Source: Macrostomum hystrix (taxonomy: Eukaryota > Animalia > Platyhelminthes). Taken from it: a stretch of DNA of 64,000 nt. The stretch is from NCBI GenBank assembly GCA_950097015.1, contig CATNEN010000003.1:496001-560000 (forward strand), given 5' to 3'. The translations under genes and the position numbers were made by a program. Below the pieces are notes generated by a model. It was not told where the DNA came from and made no database searches. It was given only the letters and a program-made list of their open reading frames with translations. Below are positions 1 to 13,202 of the stretch, piece after piece (position 1 is the first letter of the stretch; every line of letters begins with the position of its first letter).

Positions 1-600
1 TGGCATTTTGTCTGCCGCTTTTCATCTGCCACCTTTTAATTTGTCAATCTATGATTTGTCATTTTATCTGCCAATATGATGGAGTCCATTCATATGCTAA
101 TGTAGGCATTAGTCAGAATAGCTTATCATATCATCAAGCTTCATATTGAAATGTAATGTAAACATCTTATTATTTATTTTTTGTTATAATGCTAGGATTA
201 TTCTGAAATTTCCAGAGCAAAGTGTAGGCCTACAAAGCTGGAACCAAACATTTTCCACCATTTAGTCTCTTTCCAACTTGTTTCTTTTGACTTTTTTCAT
301 AGACCTGTAGTATTGCAAAACTTTGCATGAGTTGTGTAAGTAGGCCTACATAATTTATTTTGTATTGCATGACTGCACAATGTATGAAATATAGAGCAAT
401 TGCAGTTGTAAACACAGAAAACGTAAAGTAGCTTAAAGTAGGTGAAAGACTAAAAATAGTTTATATGCACAAAGTGTAAAGTAGGGTGTTATTGGAATTG
501 TTAACACAAATGCAATATAGACACAACTACAAGTAGCTAAAATGTGCAAAATGTAAAATATGGAACAATAGAAAATGTAAACACAGACATTACCTCAAAA

Positions 601-1203
601 CAGTGGCGGATCCAGGATTTCTTAAGTGGGGTGGCGGATATGCGAGTACAGAAACTAGAAACTAAGTAATCCCAATCCATCTATCTTTCATCTATGCTCA
701 ATACAAGATCTTGAGAGGATATATCAATTTTTGCATACATTTTAATGCCTAGAGTGGTGCAAATGACTCTGACACATGAGGGTAGTAGTAGAAGTTGGCT
801 CGGGTCTCGGGAAGAACTAACCCGTTTTGGCCAATATTGACAATTATATTTAGTGAGTTATCAAGGCTTCATTTAAAAGAAAGTCAATGACAATGTGAGA
901 AGACCAACACTATAATATTTTAATTTGAAATTTGAATAGAATGTACATGTTGCAGTGAGACGCGAATAAGCAATCGTTTGGTTTGGCTAGAAATAAATAA
1001 AACCGAACCGACAATGTTCCATGGGATGCAATTCCATTCCAAGGAAAAGCAGACAGACCATAGAAGCAATGGAAATATAATGAAGAACTTGGACTTTGTG
1101 GGTTGAGGAGCCCAAAATTAAAATATCTCCCTTCCATGCAAGTCCAGCCACGGCGAAAGTGGGGGGGCGGCCGCCCCCCCGCCCCCCCCTGGATCCGCCA
1201 CTG
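601..1203. mobile_element. Non-autonomous hAT-type MITE (603 bp)
   Basis: Terminal inverted repeats CAGTGGCGGATCCAGG (601) / CCTGGATCCGCCACTG (ends 1203). Perfect 8-bp target-site duplication CCTCAAAA at 593-600 and 1204-1211. CAG..CTG ends plus an 8-bp TSD are hAT hallmarks. No coding capacity. Confidence 0.9.
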
Positions 1204-1485
1204 CCTCAAAACATCAAATAATATCTGTTTTGGCAATAATTCATCATGGCACAACAGACACTTTGCCTACACATAGAACAACACACATAGCTAGTCAGCT
1301 TGCATAGTTGGCCCAAGCAGCCTGTAGTGCTGCATTGTGTCTGTTTGACATTGTTGGTGCCTAGAGCAGGAATAGGTGCTAGCTATCAAATTTTGGAGGC
1401 CCAAAATGTGGGCTTGTTAGCCAAGACACTGATAAGGGCAAAAACATTTATGTGGACACCCGTGCACTTTTGCATCTATGACATT

Positions 1486-1745
1486 GGCATTGTTTGTCCT
1501 GTTCATTTGCTAAAAGGCTGATAGTGACTGCACAGACCAAACTGGGTGCAACAGCCATGTCTGGTTGACATAGGTGCACAGCTCCATTAAAGGCTGTGTT
1601 GTAGCTTGTGGTCGCAGTTGTTTAAAAGCTGCCTCCATCTGCCTTGATGGCAGGAAAGGCAGTGCCATCAGTTGGTGGCAAAGCACACACATGACAATGC
1701 TAGCAGCATAGGCTGAGATATGCCAGTAGACAGCTTTGTCTATCA
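1486..1745 (-). pseudogene. Mutator-like (MULE) transposase fragment, degenerate
   Basis: Minus-strand translation LCHQLMALPFLP...EAAFKQL...LMELCTYVNQTW...WSVQSLSAF*QMNRTNNA matches the C-terminal part of MULE DDE transposases (LALPFLP, Y..TW, RTNN motifs). In-frame stop at 1510-1512. Confidence 0.65.
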
Positions 1746-2195
1746 TTTTTAAACTTCTCATTACCCTTGAACATTTTTGACATATAAAATTGGTGTATGC
1801 CAGATTTATTTGGTGTGTACCCTCTCTACCAGACTATGGTATTTGGTTAGTGGGTAGTTGTCATGCTATATGACACAATATTTTAGAACAAAAGAGTTGT
1901 ATTTGCTCCTTTTATCTTTTTACCTTTATATTCCATGGCATATTTTTAACTATAAAAATGTAGAAAAATTTGTCTTTGCATCTAATAGCTAATTAAATCT
2001 AATATATTAAATAGCATTCCTGATTGAACCATCTCAGTACTTGGTCCCACCCACACTGTAATTTCCATTTCTATGATTGGATCTCATGAGTGTACCATGA
2101 TCCTGGGGGTTGGACAATGAGGCGTTAATCACAAAACAACAAGCCCCCTTGGCCCCCGTAACTACAAGGCTCTTAAATCAAGCCCATGGGCCTCG

Positions 2196-2526
2196 TAATA
2201 ATAATTGCAGGAGGTCTGTCGGCAATTTCACATCATTGGGTGACACTAGACCTGCAGCTAGTGAGGAGGCAATGCTGCTCATTTTGCTGACTCCTGAGCA
2301 CACACGCACATGTGCTGTACACAGGCACACTCACACAGTGGTGTACCTCTGCCCTTACTTTCTCATTGTAAGACAGTGTACACTTGGCCTTGGAGGTAAG
2401 CCCTCAAGGGCGTAAATTGCATGACAAGCCTTCCCTCCGCTGCTGCGTCCCAAATTAATGTGGCCTCGCCGTGGAATCGAGCTCAAGGACCTTGGTGCAA
2501 GAGGCAAGCTCATTAACTGCTTCACC
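2196..2526 (-). mobile_element. tRNA-derived SINE, family B (most complete copy)
   Basis: Minus strand starts with a tRNA-like head (GGTGAAGCAGTTAATGAG ... GAGCTCGATTCC B-box-like) and ends in an (ATT)n tail at 2196-2205. The body is homologous to 29560-29668 (+), 34070-34290 (-) and fragments at 38060-38300. Confidence 0.6.
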
Positions 2527-2621
2527 TTCCCGATCCCGCCTATGCTAACTGAATAAAGATTTTGTAAACCTTTTCTAAATTTGACAATATATCTTTACAG
2601 CAACAGCAGACTTAGCCAGCC

Positions 2622-5555
2622 ATGGGAGTTCGCGGCCTGAAGAAGCACCTGAAGCGGGTTAATGCCCCCCGGCACTGGATGCTGGACAAAATGTCCGGCT
2701 GCTTTGCACCGAAGCCGGCCGCCGGTCCGCATAAGATGCGCGAGTGCCTGCCGCTCTGCCTGTTCCTCCGAAACCGGCTAAAGTACGCGCTCACCTACAA
2801 GGAGACCACCAAGATTCTGGCCCAGCGGTGCATCAAGGTTGGTTGGTTGTCTGGAGTTCTTGTCTAGTGAAAAACAACAGTTGGATCATAAATAAATTGG
2901 AGGATTATAAATCAAAATTGAGTTGTCCTACACAAGATAGGAATAAGGGTCCAAGTTAGAAAAATATCTCTAAACTAGCTGGGATGACAATATTAGTAAT
3001 TATAATTATGATTCAAAGCGTTTGGATTTGAATAGTATATAGATCAGGCTTTGAATATTATAGATCGGGATGTTAATTGTATTGACCAGTAATAGCATGA
3101 TCATTGAATAGTATGGATCGTGATTTTAATAGTGTGGATCGGGATTTTGATAGTTTGGATTGGGATTTTAATAGTATGGATTGGGAATTTAATATTATAA
3201 ATCGGTATTTTATTAGTATGGATCGGGATTTTAATATTATAAATCGGGATTTGAATAGTATAGATCGGGATTTTAATATTATAGATAGGGTTTTGAATAG
3301 TATGGATCTGGATTTGAATAGTATCGGGATTTTAATATTATAGATAGGGTTTTGAATAGTATGGATCTGGATTTGAATAGTATGGATCTGGATTTGAATA
3401 GTATCGGGATTTAAATATTATAAATCGGGATTTAAATCTTATGGATCGGGATTTGAGAGTATGACTTGGGACATTATGAGTAGGGAATAGGGATCGGGAT
3501 TCGAAGGTTAAGAATTGTAAAAATGCACGAATGAGGACTAAAAATAGAATTAAAAGAAAAGGGTAGATAATATCAATGTAGGGATCTAAGTTGAAAGATT
3601 TTATTTAAAAAGAAGGATTAGGGATCGGAAATAAAGGTGTGACAGATGTGGTTAAAGTTGCTCGTGTCCGAAAAGCGTGCAGCATCTGGCACCATATTTT
3701 CATGCAACCCACCCCCTTCCCCACCCCTCAGGTGGACGGCCGTGTGCGCACGGACAAGCGCTACCCAGCCGGCTTCATGGATGTGGTTAGCATCGAGCGC
3801 ACCAACGAGAACTACCGCCTGATCTACGATGTGAAGGGCCGATTCGCTCTGCACGGCATCACCCCAGAGGAGGCAAAGTACAAGCTGTGCCGCGTGCGCA
3901 GGTAAGAAACATCGGACGATTGCTTTTTAGGTCATTAGTGCACAGTCATTCATTTTGGTCATTGGCAATCCCGCAGGGTGGGCACCGCCCAGGGCAATGT
4001 GCCCCTGCTGAGCACCCACGATGCTCGCACCATCCGCTATCCGGATCCGCTTGTGAAGGCCAGCGACACAGTTCGCGTGGACCTGGCCACCGGCAAGATC
4101 ATCGACTTTGTCAAGTTCGAGCCCGGCAATCTGTGCATGATCACTGGCGGTGCCAACACCGGCCGCGTCGGCGTCATCATCCACCGGGAGCGCCATCCGG
4201 ACTTTGACATTGTGCACGTCAAGGACTCGCTCGGACACACCTTCGCCACCAGGTAAGCTTTTTAAACTAATAGGATTTTAATACGAAACAGGGTCAAAAT
4301 AGCAATATCGATTGCGCATGCTGCATAGGATCTTATAGCAATTGCATATGCTGCATGGGATCTTATTGCAATTGCATATGCTGCATGGGATCTTATAGCA
4401 ATTGCATATGCTGCATGGGATCTTATTGCAATTGCATATGCTGCATGGGATCTTATAGCAATTGCATGTACTGCATGGGATCTTATAGCAATTGCATGTA
4501 CTGCATGGGATCTTATAGCAATTGCATATACTGCATGGGATCTTATAGCAATTGCATATGCTGCATGGGATCTTATAGCAATTGCATATGCTGCATGGGA
4601 TCTTATAGCAATTGCATGTACTGCATGGGATCTTATAGCAATTGCATATGCTGCATGATTTCTTATAGCAATTGCATGTACTGCATGGGATCTTATAGCA
4701 ATTGCATGTACTGCATGGGATCTTATAGCAATTGCATATGCTGCATGGGATCTTATAGCAATTGCATATGCTCCATCGGATCTTATAGCAATTGCATATG
4801 CTGCATGGGATCTTATAGCAATTGCATATACTGCATGGGATCTTATAGCAATTGCATATGCTGCATGGGATCTTATAGCAATTGCATGTACTGCATCGGA
4901 TCTTATAGCAATTGCATGTACTGCATGGGATCTTATAGCAATTGCATATGCTGCATGGGATCTTATAGCAATTGCATGTACTGCATGGGATCTTATAGCA
5001 ATTGCATGTACTGCATGGGATCTTATAGCAATTGCATATACTGCATGGGATCTTATAGCAATTGCATATGCTGCATGGGATCTTATAGCAATTGCATATG
5101 CTGCATGGGATCTTATAGCAATTGCATGTACTGCATGGGATCTTATAGCAATTGCATATGCTGCATCGGATCTTATAGAAATTGCATATGCTGCATGATT
5201 TCTTATAGCAATTGCATGTACTGCATGGGATCTTATAGCAATTGCATATGCTGCATCGGATCTTATAGCAATTGCATATGCTGCATCGGATCTTATAGCA
5301 ATTGCATATGCTGCATCGGATCTTATAGCAATTGCATGTACTGCATGGGATCTTATAGCAATTGCATATGCTGCATCGGATCTTATAGAAATAATTTATT
5401 TGGAAATCGGAATTACGCCAACCTTTCGCAGAGAGGGCAACGTGTTTGTCATCGGCAAGGGCAACCAGCCGTGGGTGTCGCTGCCGCGCGGTAAGGGTGT
5501 GAAGCTCAGCATCGCCGAGGAGCGCGACCGACGCCTGGCCGCCACCCGCAAGTGA
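2622..5555 (+). CDS. RPS4: 40S ribosomal protein S4 (eS4); exons 2622-2837, 3732-3901, 3977-4252, 5432-5555
   Basis: Spliced translation [23 protein letters not shown]...[21 protein letters not shown]...[12 protein letters not shown]...[11 protein letters not shown]...[44 protein letters not shown]. All introns are GT-AG with matching phases. Confidence 0.97.
3030..3500. repeat. Degenerate ~21-bp minisatellite in RPS4 intron 1
   Basis: Repeated GATCGGGATTTTAATAGTATG-like units. Confidence 0.8.
4321..5390. repeat. 30-bp minisatellite (~35 copies) filling RPS4 intron 3
   Basis: Unit CTGCATGGGATCTTATAGCAATTGCATATG, highly homogeneous. Confidence 0.97.
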
Positions 5556-5807
5556 ACAGTTTCAACATCTGCGGCTTATGAATATTGAGGCGGAGACTGA
5601 TTTTGCTGTTGGATAAGCTACTTGGCAAAATTAACGAGAAAACCGGTTGCTGTTTGTCCCATGCGATTAAGTTCAAATACAAGACGGACTTCTGGTTGGT
5701 TCAAATGGATGAAAAAAATACTTGCAGTTCTTCGTGCATTTTTTCTTTCAGATTTTATTTATGGAACTGGTTCATTCGGTTAAATTGAGGTTTTAGTTCA
5801 CTATAAT

Positions 5808-6255
5808 AAAACAGAATTAATGGTTTAGGTGACCGAGCTCATGATTTAGATAACAGAATTAATGGTTTAGGTGACCGAGCTCATGATTTAGATAACAGAA
5901 TTAATGGTTTAGGTGACCGAGCTCATGATTTAGATAACAGAATTAATGGTTTAGGTGACCGAGCTCATGATTTAGATAACAGAATTAATGGTTTAGGTGA
6001 CCGAGCTCATGATTTAGATAACAGAATTAATGGTTTAGGTGACCGAGCTCATGATTTAGATAACAGAATTAATGGTTTAGGTGACCGAGCTCATGATTTA
6101 GATAACAGAATTAATGGTTTAGGTGACCGAGCTCATGATTTAGATAACAGAATTAATGGTTTAGGTGACTGAGCTCATGATTTAGATAACAGAATTAATG
6201 GTTTAGGTGACTGAGCTCATGATTTAGATAACAGAATTAATGGTTTAGGTGACTG
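5808..6255. repeat. 42-bp minisatellite (~10.5 copies)
   Basis: Unit TAACAGAATTAATGGTTTAGGTGACCGAGCTCATGATTTAGA. It begins at the likely RPS4 poly(A) signal (AATAAA 5805-5810). Confidence 0.95.
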
Positions 6256-6884
6256 AATTCGTCAGGTTGCTGAAACGTCTGGTTTTATAGTTTCAAGGTT
6301 AAATTAGTTTTCGTATTTTATCGATCGAAATATACTAAAACGGTTTTGTAAGGACTGCTAGCATTCCTTAGGTTGTGTCAATGTCTCCGTTCTTGACATA
6401 ATCTTTAATTCTCGCATAAGCGAGCAGCATGCGTCGAGAATATCATCCCAGGAAAAGTCTAAAGCTGCCTCTTCAGTCTTCATCTGTATCGAATCCTTGC
6501 TGTGCTTGACTGTCGCGGTCTGATGCCCGACGTCTGCGCCAACATCTGCAGGCTGCCTGGGCAGAATTTCGCTTTAGTCGCGACACTTCGACGAGCTCTT
6601 ATTTGAGCCAGACGCAGTTAAAACGAGCTGGGGCGTATTAGCTCTTATTGAGACTGCGAATTAAAAACTCGCAAAATGCACTGACGTGCTGCAGGGCTGT
6701 GCAGACTACAGAATACATTACCACATAAAACATGGACCTTTTAAGACGTTTCGTCAGAATCGTTAAATATCTCGACATTCAGTAGAGGTGCGTGCGCGGA
6801 AGTGTTTCAGTATGTCCTCAAACACAAAAAGTCATCCCGTGTTCTAAAACTTCATGCTCCGTTTCTAGGCGCAGCAATCTAAAA

Positions 6885-7352
6885 TTCCACCCAATTCCCT
6901 CCAGCTTATTGCATTACTGAGCCACCCATTTCCCTCCAGCTTATGATAAGTGCAATACTGAGCCACCCATTTCCCTCCAGCTTATAATAAGTGCAATACT
7001 GAGCCACCCATTTCCCTCCAGCTTATGATAAGTGCATTACGGAGCCACCCATTTCCCTCCAGCTTATAATAAGTGCAATACTGAGCCACCCATTTCCCTC
7101 CAGCTTATGATAAGTGCATTACGGAGCCACCCATTTCCCTCCAGCTTAAGATAAGTGCAATACTGAGCCACCCATTTCCCTCCAGCTTAAGATAAGTGCA
7201 ATACTGAGCCACCCATTTCCCTCCAGCTTATAATAAGTGCAATACTGAGCCACCCATTTCCCTCCAGCTTATGATAAGTGCATTACGGAGCCACCCATTT
7301 CCCTCGAGCTTATGATTAGTGCATTACTAAGCCACCCAATTCCCTCCAGCTT
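6885..7352. repeat. 41-bp minisatellite (~11 copies)
   Basis: Unit GAGCCACCCATTTCCCTCCAGCTTATGATAAGTGCAATACT. Confidence 0.95.
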
Positions 7353-7730
7353 AGTCCCAACAATGATCTTAGTTCCTTAACAAGCAACTCGAATGTTCTA
7401 GTAGCATAGTATAAGAAATGAAGAAAATGTAAGATTTGAAAAGCGCATATTATGTTTTTAACGGATTTAAGTATGTATTCTGTAACGGAAAGCAAGATTG
7501 ATTCGGTTATCGATTATATAATCTAGCTTTCACGATGAAACTGTAGGATGCACCAAAAACATTTTTATAAACTGGGTACAGCAGGCCGATCAAATCTTTC
7601 TATACGGCAGTAAATCTATTAGGAGAGTACATTAATTTGATGTTTTATAACCGCCTGGACTAACAGACAAAATATACACTTGTCTAAAAAGAACATTCCT
7701 ACATGTTCAAACGCCTTAACTAAGAATATA

Positions 7731-9098
7731 CACTCAGCAACATTGAAAAGTTTTCACCTTCGCGCCAGCCGTGTATACTTAGAGTTTCAAATCTTGTTTT
7801 TTTGTCGCCAGACTTGTGACAGACGATTGATGATTTCGTCAACACGCACTAGGCCCATAGACAAAAACTTGGGTCATAGACGCCAGCTAGACAAGTCGAA
7901 GGAAACAGTCGCAAATGACCGACCTTGGAACGAGCGCACGCCATTGGCATGCTGGACGCTGGGATGTCCATCCAAACTGTTGCTCGCCGAATTGGGCGGC
8001 CGCACACAACAATCCGCAAATTCCAGATCAAGTGCAGAGAAACGGGCAGCGTGGCGAATGCCACGCGCGGCCGGCGGTTCAATATGCGCAGTTCAACTAG
8101 GAGGGCGGACAGGCGATTGCTGCGAATGGTGAAGGGAGCTTCGCATTGCCAGCCACCCTGCTACGGCTGATGTGGGCTGAAAGAAGCAGGCGAGGGAATA
8201 TTCTGAGCGCCCAAGCCATCCGACGACGATTGCGGGAGTCGGGGCTGCGATCCTGTATAAGATGCGCAAAGGGACGCGCCTGACCCCAACCCATGTGGCC
8301 AGCCGGGAACAATGGACAATGCAAAGGCTCCACCGGAGGCAGCAGCAGTGGCGGCGAGTGATTTTCTCAGATCAGAGCCGCTTTCGATTGTTCCGTGCCG
8401 ACGGCCGCATTCGCGTGTGGCGCCAGCCACGCCAGGAGATGCTGCACTTGCAGAACTCTGAGAGCCAGTCAGCTTCTATTCAAGTGTGCGCAGGCATCAC
8501 AATGCATGCGAAGACGGAGCTATAGTGTTTCTGGATGCGACTGTGACTGCCGAGTCTTAAGCCAACCTTCTACAGACGCGCCTGCTGCCCTTCATTGATG
8601 CTTCGTGGTGGCGTGGGGAACAGCGTCCTCTAAGACCAGAACGCCCACCGCATCGCGCAGCCGCTGTGGAGCATCTGAAGGAGCTGCTGCACCTGCGAAA
8701 CATGCGCTTGCAGTCCCGATCACCGGACATGAATCCCAAAGAGCACGTTTGGGATTTCCTGAAGCGCTCGATTCGGCGCGACAATCCCCCGCAAAACGTT
8801 GCCCAACTGCGCAAATATAACTGTCTATTGCATAGCAACAACTACAGCAAGATTTTCTGCGACGCCTGGTTCTGGGGATGCCCCGGAGAGTGAGCGCACG
8901 TGGCTGCAATACGCGTCACTGACCCTGTTCTGGGCAAGTTGTCACCCATGCTCGCGTACTTTGTTTCTTTGCTGTTTCTTTTGCTTCGTTCGAATCCGAA
9001 TTATATATTTGTCTATGGCTCAAACCACGAATATCTCCACCCACCAAAACGCTGACCCTTCGCGCGCTAGGGAGGAAACTTTTCAATGTTGCTGAGTG
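7731..9098 (+). mobile_element. Tc1/mariner DNA transposon, full length (1368 bp), with a frameshifted transposase pseudogene
   Basis: TIRs CACTCAGCAACATTGAAAAGTTT (7731) / AAACTTTTCAATGTTGCTGAGTG (ends 9098), flanked by TA on both sides. Transposase pieces lie in different frames: HTH (ERAHAIGMLDAGMSIQTVARRIG), WRRVIFSDQSRF, SPDMNPKEHVWDFLKR. Confidence 0.92.
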
Positions 9099-10441
9099 TA
9101 TTATCCAACTTTCTAATTTTCACTAAAATGCATATAGATAAAAAGCAGCTCATATAAAACAGAAGACCACCTATCAAGCCACATTTGCATAGACTAAAAG
9201 TATTTATATATATATATATATATTTAATCAATCAGAGAATATATAAGACGACAAAAAGATTACAGTAAGTTAAACGGATCATATACTAAAAAATCAAAAC
9301 ACTGGTTACATGTACCATAATCCGCATTTCAGTTTTATTTTAATTACTTTTTGTTAAAATGAGACGTTTATTTCAGACCAGTAGTGAAATACCGGAATAA
9401 ATATATATTGTATCAAATAAAGCATTTTGTCTACCATTTTTACCATACTTTACCGAGTAAAACGTACAGCTAAAGCAATAAAATGAAAACTTTAAAAATG
9501 AAAAAAACTGTACTGAATTTATATTACTGAAGTTGACAACATTGACGAGATAGGAATAGTGTACATTATTTATTGGCTTTTCACTTCTATTATTAGAGTC
9601 AAAGGGGAAAACAAAGATGATTGGTACAAGTCAATAACAGAGCAAACACGGTGTCGCAGAGGTTCTCTGGTTAGTGCAGTTTATGCTAATTGTAAAATTT
9701 GTGTGCATCGAGGTACTCACACTTAAATAACAAACTGATTATGCCAAGCAGTAACACTATGAATATAAATATTGGTCGATATAGACTTAGTTATAAACTG
9801 ATTAAAAATGATTTGTTAATACGAGAGAACGATAGGACATTAAATCAGAGCGCGTGGAGTAATGTATGCGTGTAGCAGTACAAAGGAAGGACAAGCGGGC
9901 CCAAAGCAGAGAGGAGAACAGATCCCAACACCCTTAACAAGTACATAGCTAGATCGAACACTATATTACTGCTAGTGAACACAGCATACTACTAAGAGAT
10001 AGTAGTAAATTAAGTAAAACAAAGATTTGTTGTTACAAATCAACTATTCTTTTACACAGAAAAAAATGATTGGGAAAAATCTGAAGATTATAATTACTCG
10101 ATTTGCTGAATCGAATTAAATTAGATCGGATTGCACAATGAAACATTTAGAAACGAAAAGAAATAACAAAAAACAGTTTAACAATGACGCAATTATTAAT
10201 ATTAACAATCAGAGCGACTTATTATTGAAGCATGCGATGTGTGGGATCATTTTAGATGAGTTCTGTAACTTGTTTGTCATATTAAATAATTAAGCCTCGT
10301 GTGGAATTATTCGTCTGTTTATTTATTAATCCAATAATGGAACCAAAAAAGAAACATAAAACACTAGAAGCAAAACCAGTCTCAACAAGCAAATAAAAAT
10401 CTTATTCCATTCAGCGTTCCATAGCTCACAAAAGCGAGGCT

Positions 10442-12905
10442 TTAGCAGCAGCCGGAGCTCGACGACTTCACTGGCTGGGTGCCGCTGGGCCCGACCTTGA
10501 TAGCCGGCTTGGCCTGCTGACCCGATGCGCCTGAAGCCGGGCCCATGCGGGACTTGATTTCCGAGGCCATAGACATGAAGGCCTGCTCAACGTTGGTGGC
10601 ATTTTTGGCGCTGGTCTCAAGGAACACGATGCCCAGCTTATCCGCGTACTCCTACAGCAAGAGAAAGATTTTAGTACAAATATTTTTGTAACAGTTAGCC
10701 AGCAAAGCATCAATAGAATTTACCTTAGCCGTGGCGAAATCCACAACCTTCTTGCCTGTAAGGTCGCATTTGTTGCCAACTAGCAGTTTATTAACATTCT
10801 CAGATGCGTACTTGTCAATCTCTTGCAGCCAGTTTTTCACATTGTTAAATGATTCCTGATCGGTGCAGTCGTACACCACAATAATGCCATGGGCGCCGCG
10901 GTAATAAGACGACGTGATGGTGCGGAATCGCTCCTGCCCGGCGGTGTCCCAGATCTGGGTGAGAATAGGAGGGCGGGACAGAAATTTTCTGCAGACATAT
11001 ATGATAGACCTACAAATTACAATCCGCAACTGTTTATACGTGCACCTCAATTGATCAAGTGTGAATATTAATTAGTCTGATTATGAAACTATAACAGCCA
11101 TAAAAGTTAATCTGTCTGCCTCCAGACACTTATTTTCTCCAGACTTTACATATTCATTTTTGCCCTTCCTCTAAAGTACCAACCTGCAATTTGATTGTCT
11201 TTCCATCTAGCTCAATGGTGCGAATCTTGAAGTCCACACCGATGGTGCTGATGTAGCTCTCTGTGTAGGTGTCATCAGCAAATCTCAGCAATAGGCAGCT
11301 CTTGCCCACTCCAGAGTCACCAATAAGGAGCAGCTTGAACAGGTAGTCACTGTGGGGTAGTAATAAAAAGATAATAGGACATTGTTGAATCTAATGTGAT
11401 TATATAAATCAAAATGAATGAGCTTACTATCTCAATAAAATCCCTACATTGTTCAAACTAAGATTGAGTAATTGATAGGCAAAAGGCAAAAATTGATAAG
11501 AGGTTTTAGCCTAGTGGTTAGGGCATTGGACTCACAACTTGAAGGATGGGGGTTTGATTCTCGACTCTATTGGAAAAATTTGTGTCCTTTAGCAGGACAC
11601 TTAACTCTGCATTGCTTCAGTTCACCCAGCTGTTAAATGGGTACCAGCATCAGCTGGGATAATTAAAGGTGGGTATGATGTCTCCCCAGTCCGTGGACTG
11701 AACAGCTGTATGCAGCCTTCAGATGCACCCCACATTTGCTGTGGCTATACTGTCGGCTGCACATCTGGCCCAATTGGGGCAGGTGTAATCAATTATTATA
11801 CTTGAAAAAATATGAATCATATAAATTTCTAAAATAAAAACTAAATATTTATCTATTTGATAAGGAAGTTTAGAAATCTGACTTCACTAACTCAACTGAT
11901 ACAAAATATTGAAAAAAAGATAAACACCAAAGAAATTAATATGACACTTTATTGGTTATTATTAGCATTATTAGCATTAGTTTATTAGTTGCTTCTTATC
12001 AGATAATTCGATTTTCACTGCTAATCATCAGTTAGCTAGTTATCCAAGCCACAAGTAATGTAAAACAGAAAAGCTATATATTTACATGTTACAAATACCA
12101 TAAACACATTTTATTGATTCAAATGAAATCAGGAGATTAAAACATAATGAAAATGTAAAAATTACTATTGTGCAATCAATGAAAAGTGAAAACATTACAT
12201 ACTTTCAGTTGCCTGCAAGTATGTGGTTTACATAGAAAACAATCTAATCAATGTAAACTTTTGCACTTAACATGAGCACATGAGCATGAGGGCAGCATGG
12301 TGAACATTAAATGAGAATTATTGAAAGAGATATATTATATATTTTAATAGAGAACTTCCAATTGTTGTTATTCTATTACTTCATATAGCTTCTAGCATTA
12401 TCAAGTACTATTTTGTTTTGTAATTATAATAATTAGAAGTTTTAGCTAAAAGTTATGTTTTGCCCTAGGCATTAGAAACTGTAGCCTGCAACTGGAATCT
12501 ATGCTAGAGTAGGCCTACCATGTGCATGCAGCCTGGTAGGCATGGGTACCGATCACTTTGGCGACAAGTCACTTTTGTCATTTTGGCAACAAGTCATTTC
12601 AGCGAATTGACTTCTGCGACAAGTTTTGATTACTTAGGCGACAATTGATCCAAATATTGAAGTGCGTACAAATTGTACAATGGGCTGCAGCAGAGTTGGC
12701 TGGGTTAAAATTAAATTCAATAAAACTTTCAAAATACTACTGAGGTAATTGAATTTATGTAGTTAAATGGTCAACAAGTGATCATTTCGTCGCCGAAGTC
12801 AATTCGCCGATGTTATTTGACGCCCAAGTGATCGTAACCCCCAGGCATCACTATAAAGTCAAAGAACTAGAATAGCTGAAATTGTACTTACTACTCAGGC
12901 GTCAT
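10442..12905 (-). CDS. RAB1: Ras-related GTPase Rab1; exons 12905-12892, 11349-11184, 10954-10724, 10651-10442
   Basis: [83 protein letters not shown]...NKCD...ETSAK...SGCC*. GT-AG introns are in phase, and there is a C-terminal CC prenylation motif. Confidence 0.97.
11498..11800 (+). mobile_element. tRNA-derived CORE-like SINE, family A (Rab1 intron 1)
   Basis: Near full-length homolog of 14816-15124. Confidence 0.88.
12544..12842. mobile_element. MITE (~300 bp) with long imperfect TIRs, Rab1 intron 1
   Basis: GGGTACCGATCACTTTGGCGAC...GCGAATTGACTTC at the left is mirrored by GAAGTCAATTCGC...GACGCCCAAGTGATCGTAACCC at the right. AGGCAT occurs on both flanks. Confidence 0.7.
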
Positions 12906-13202
12906 TGTGTGCGTTGTGATTTCAAACTGCAGTTTATATTTTAGAAAGAAAATGCAGAACTGTGGAAAGGCCTAAAGGTTATTATAAAAGTACGAAAAGT
13001 AAGAAACTAACAGCGAAATCTGAAAAGATAAATGTAACACGTATAGTAAAATTATGAAAATGATTGACGAGAACGAGTTCTAAAATTGGCAATCACTCCA
13101 TTTACACACTTAAACAACACTTAAAGGTAATAAATTCATAAATTGTCAGTAACAACAAAAACGTACCAAAATAGTGTTTAATTTTGACAGTTTGTGTTTC
13201 AA

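Noticed and set aside
2838-3731. Intronic snoRNA expected in a ribosomal protein gene
   Set aside because: No convincing C/D or H/ACA box arrangement seen; the intron is mostly degenerate repeat.
4355-5494. 379-aa Cys-rich ORF ([10 protein letters not shown])n resembling a metallothionein or keratin-associated protein
   Set aside because: It lies inside RPS4 intron 3 and is simply the 30-bp minisatellite read in a stop-free frame.
5808-7352. Regular 41-42 bp arrays superficially like CRISPR
   Set aside because: Head-to-tail identical units with no unique spacers, no cas genes, and a eukaryotic context. The same applies to all other arrays.
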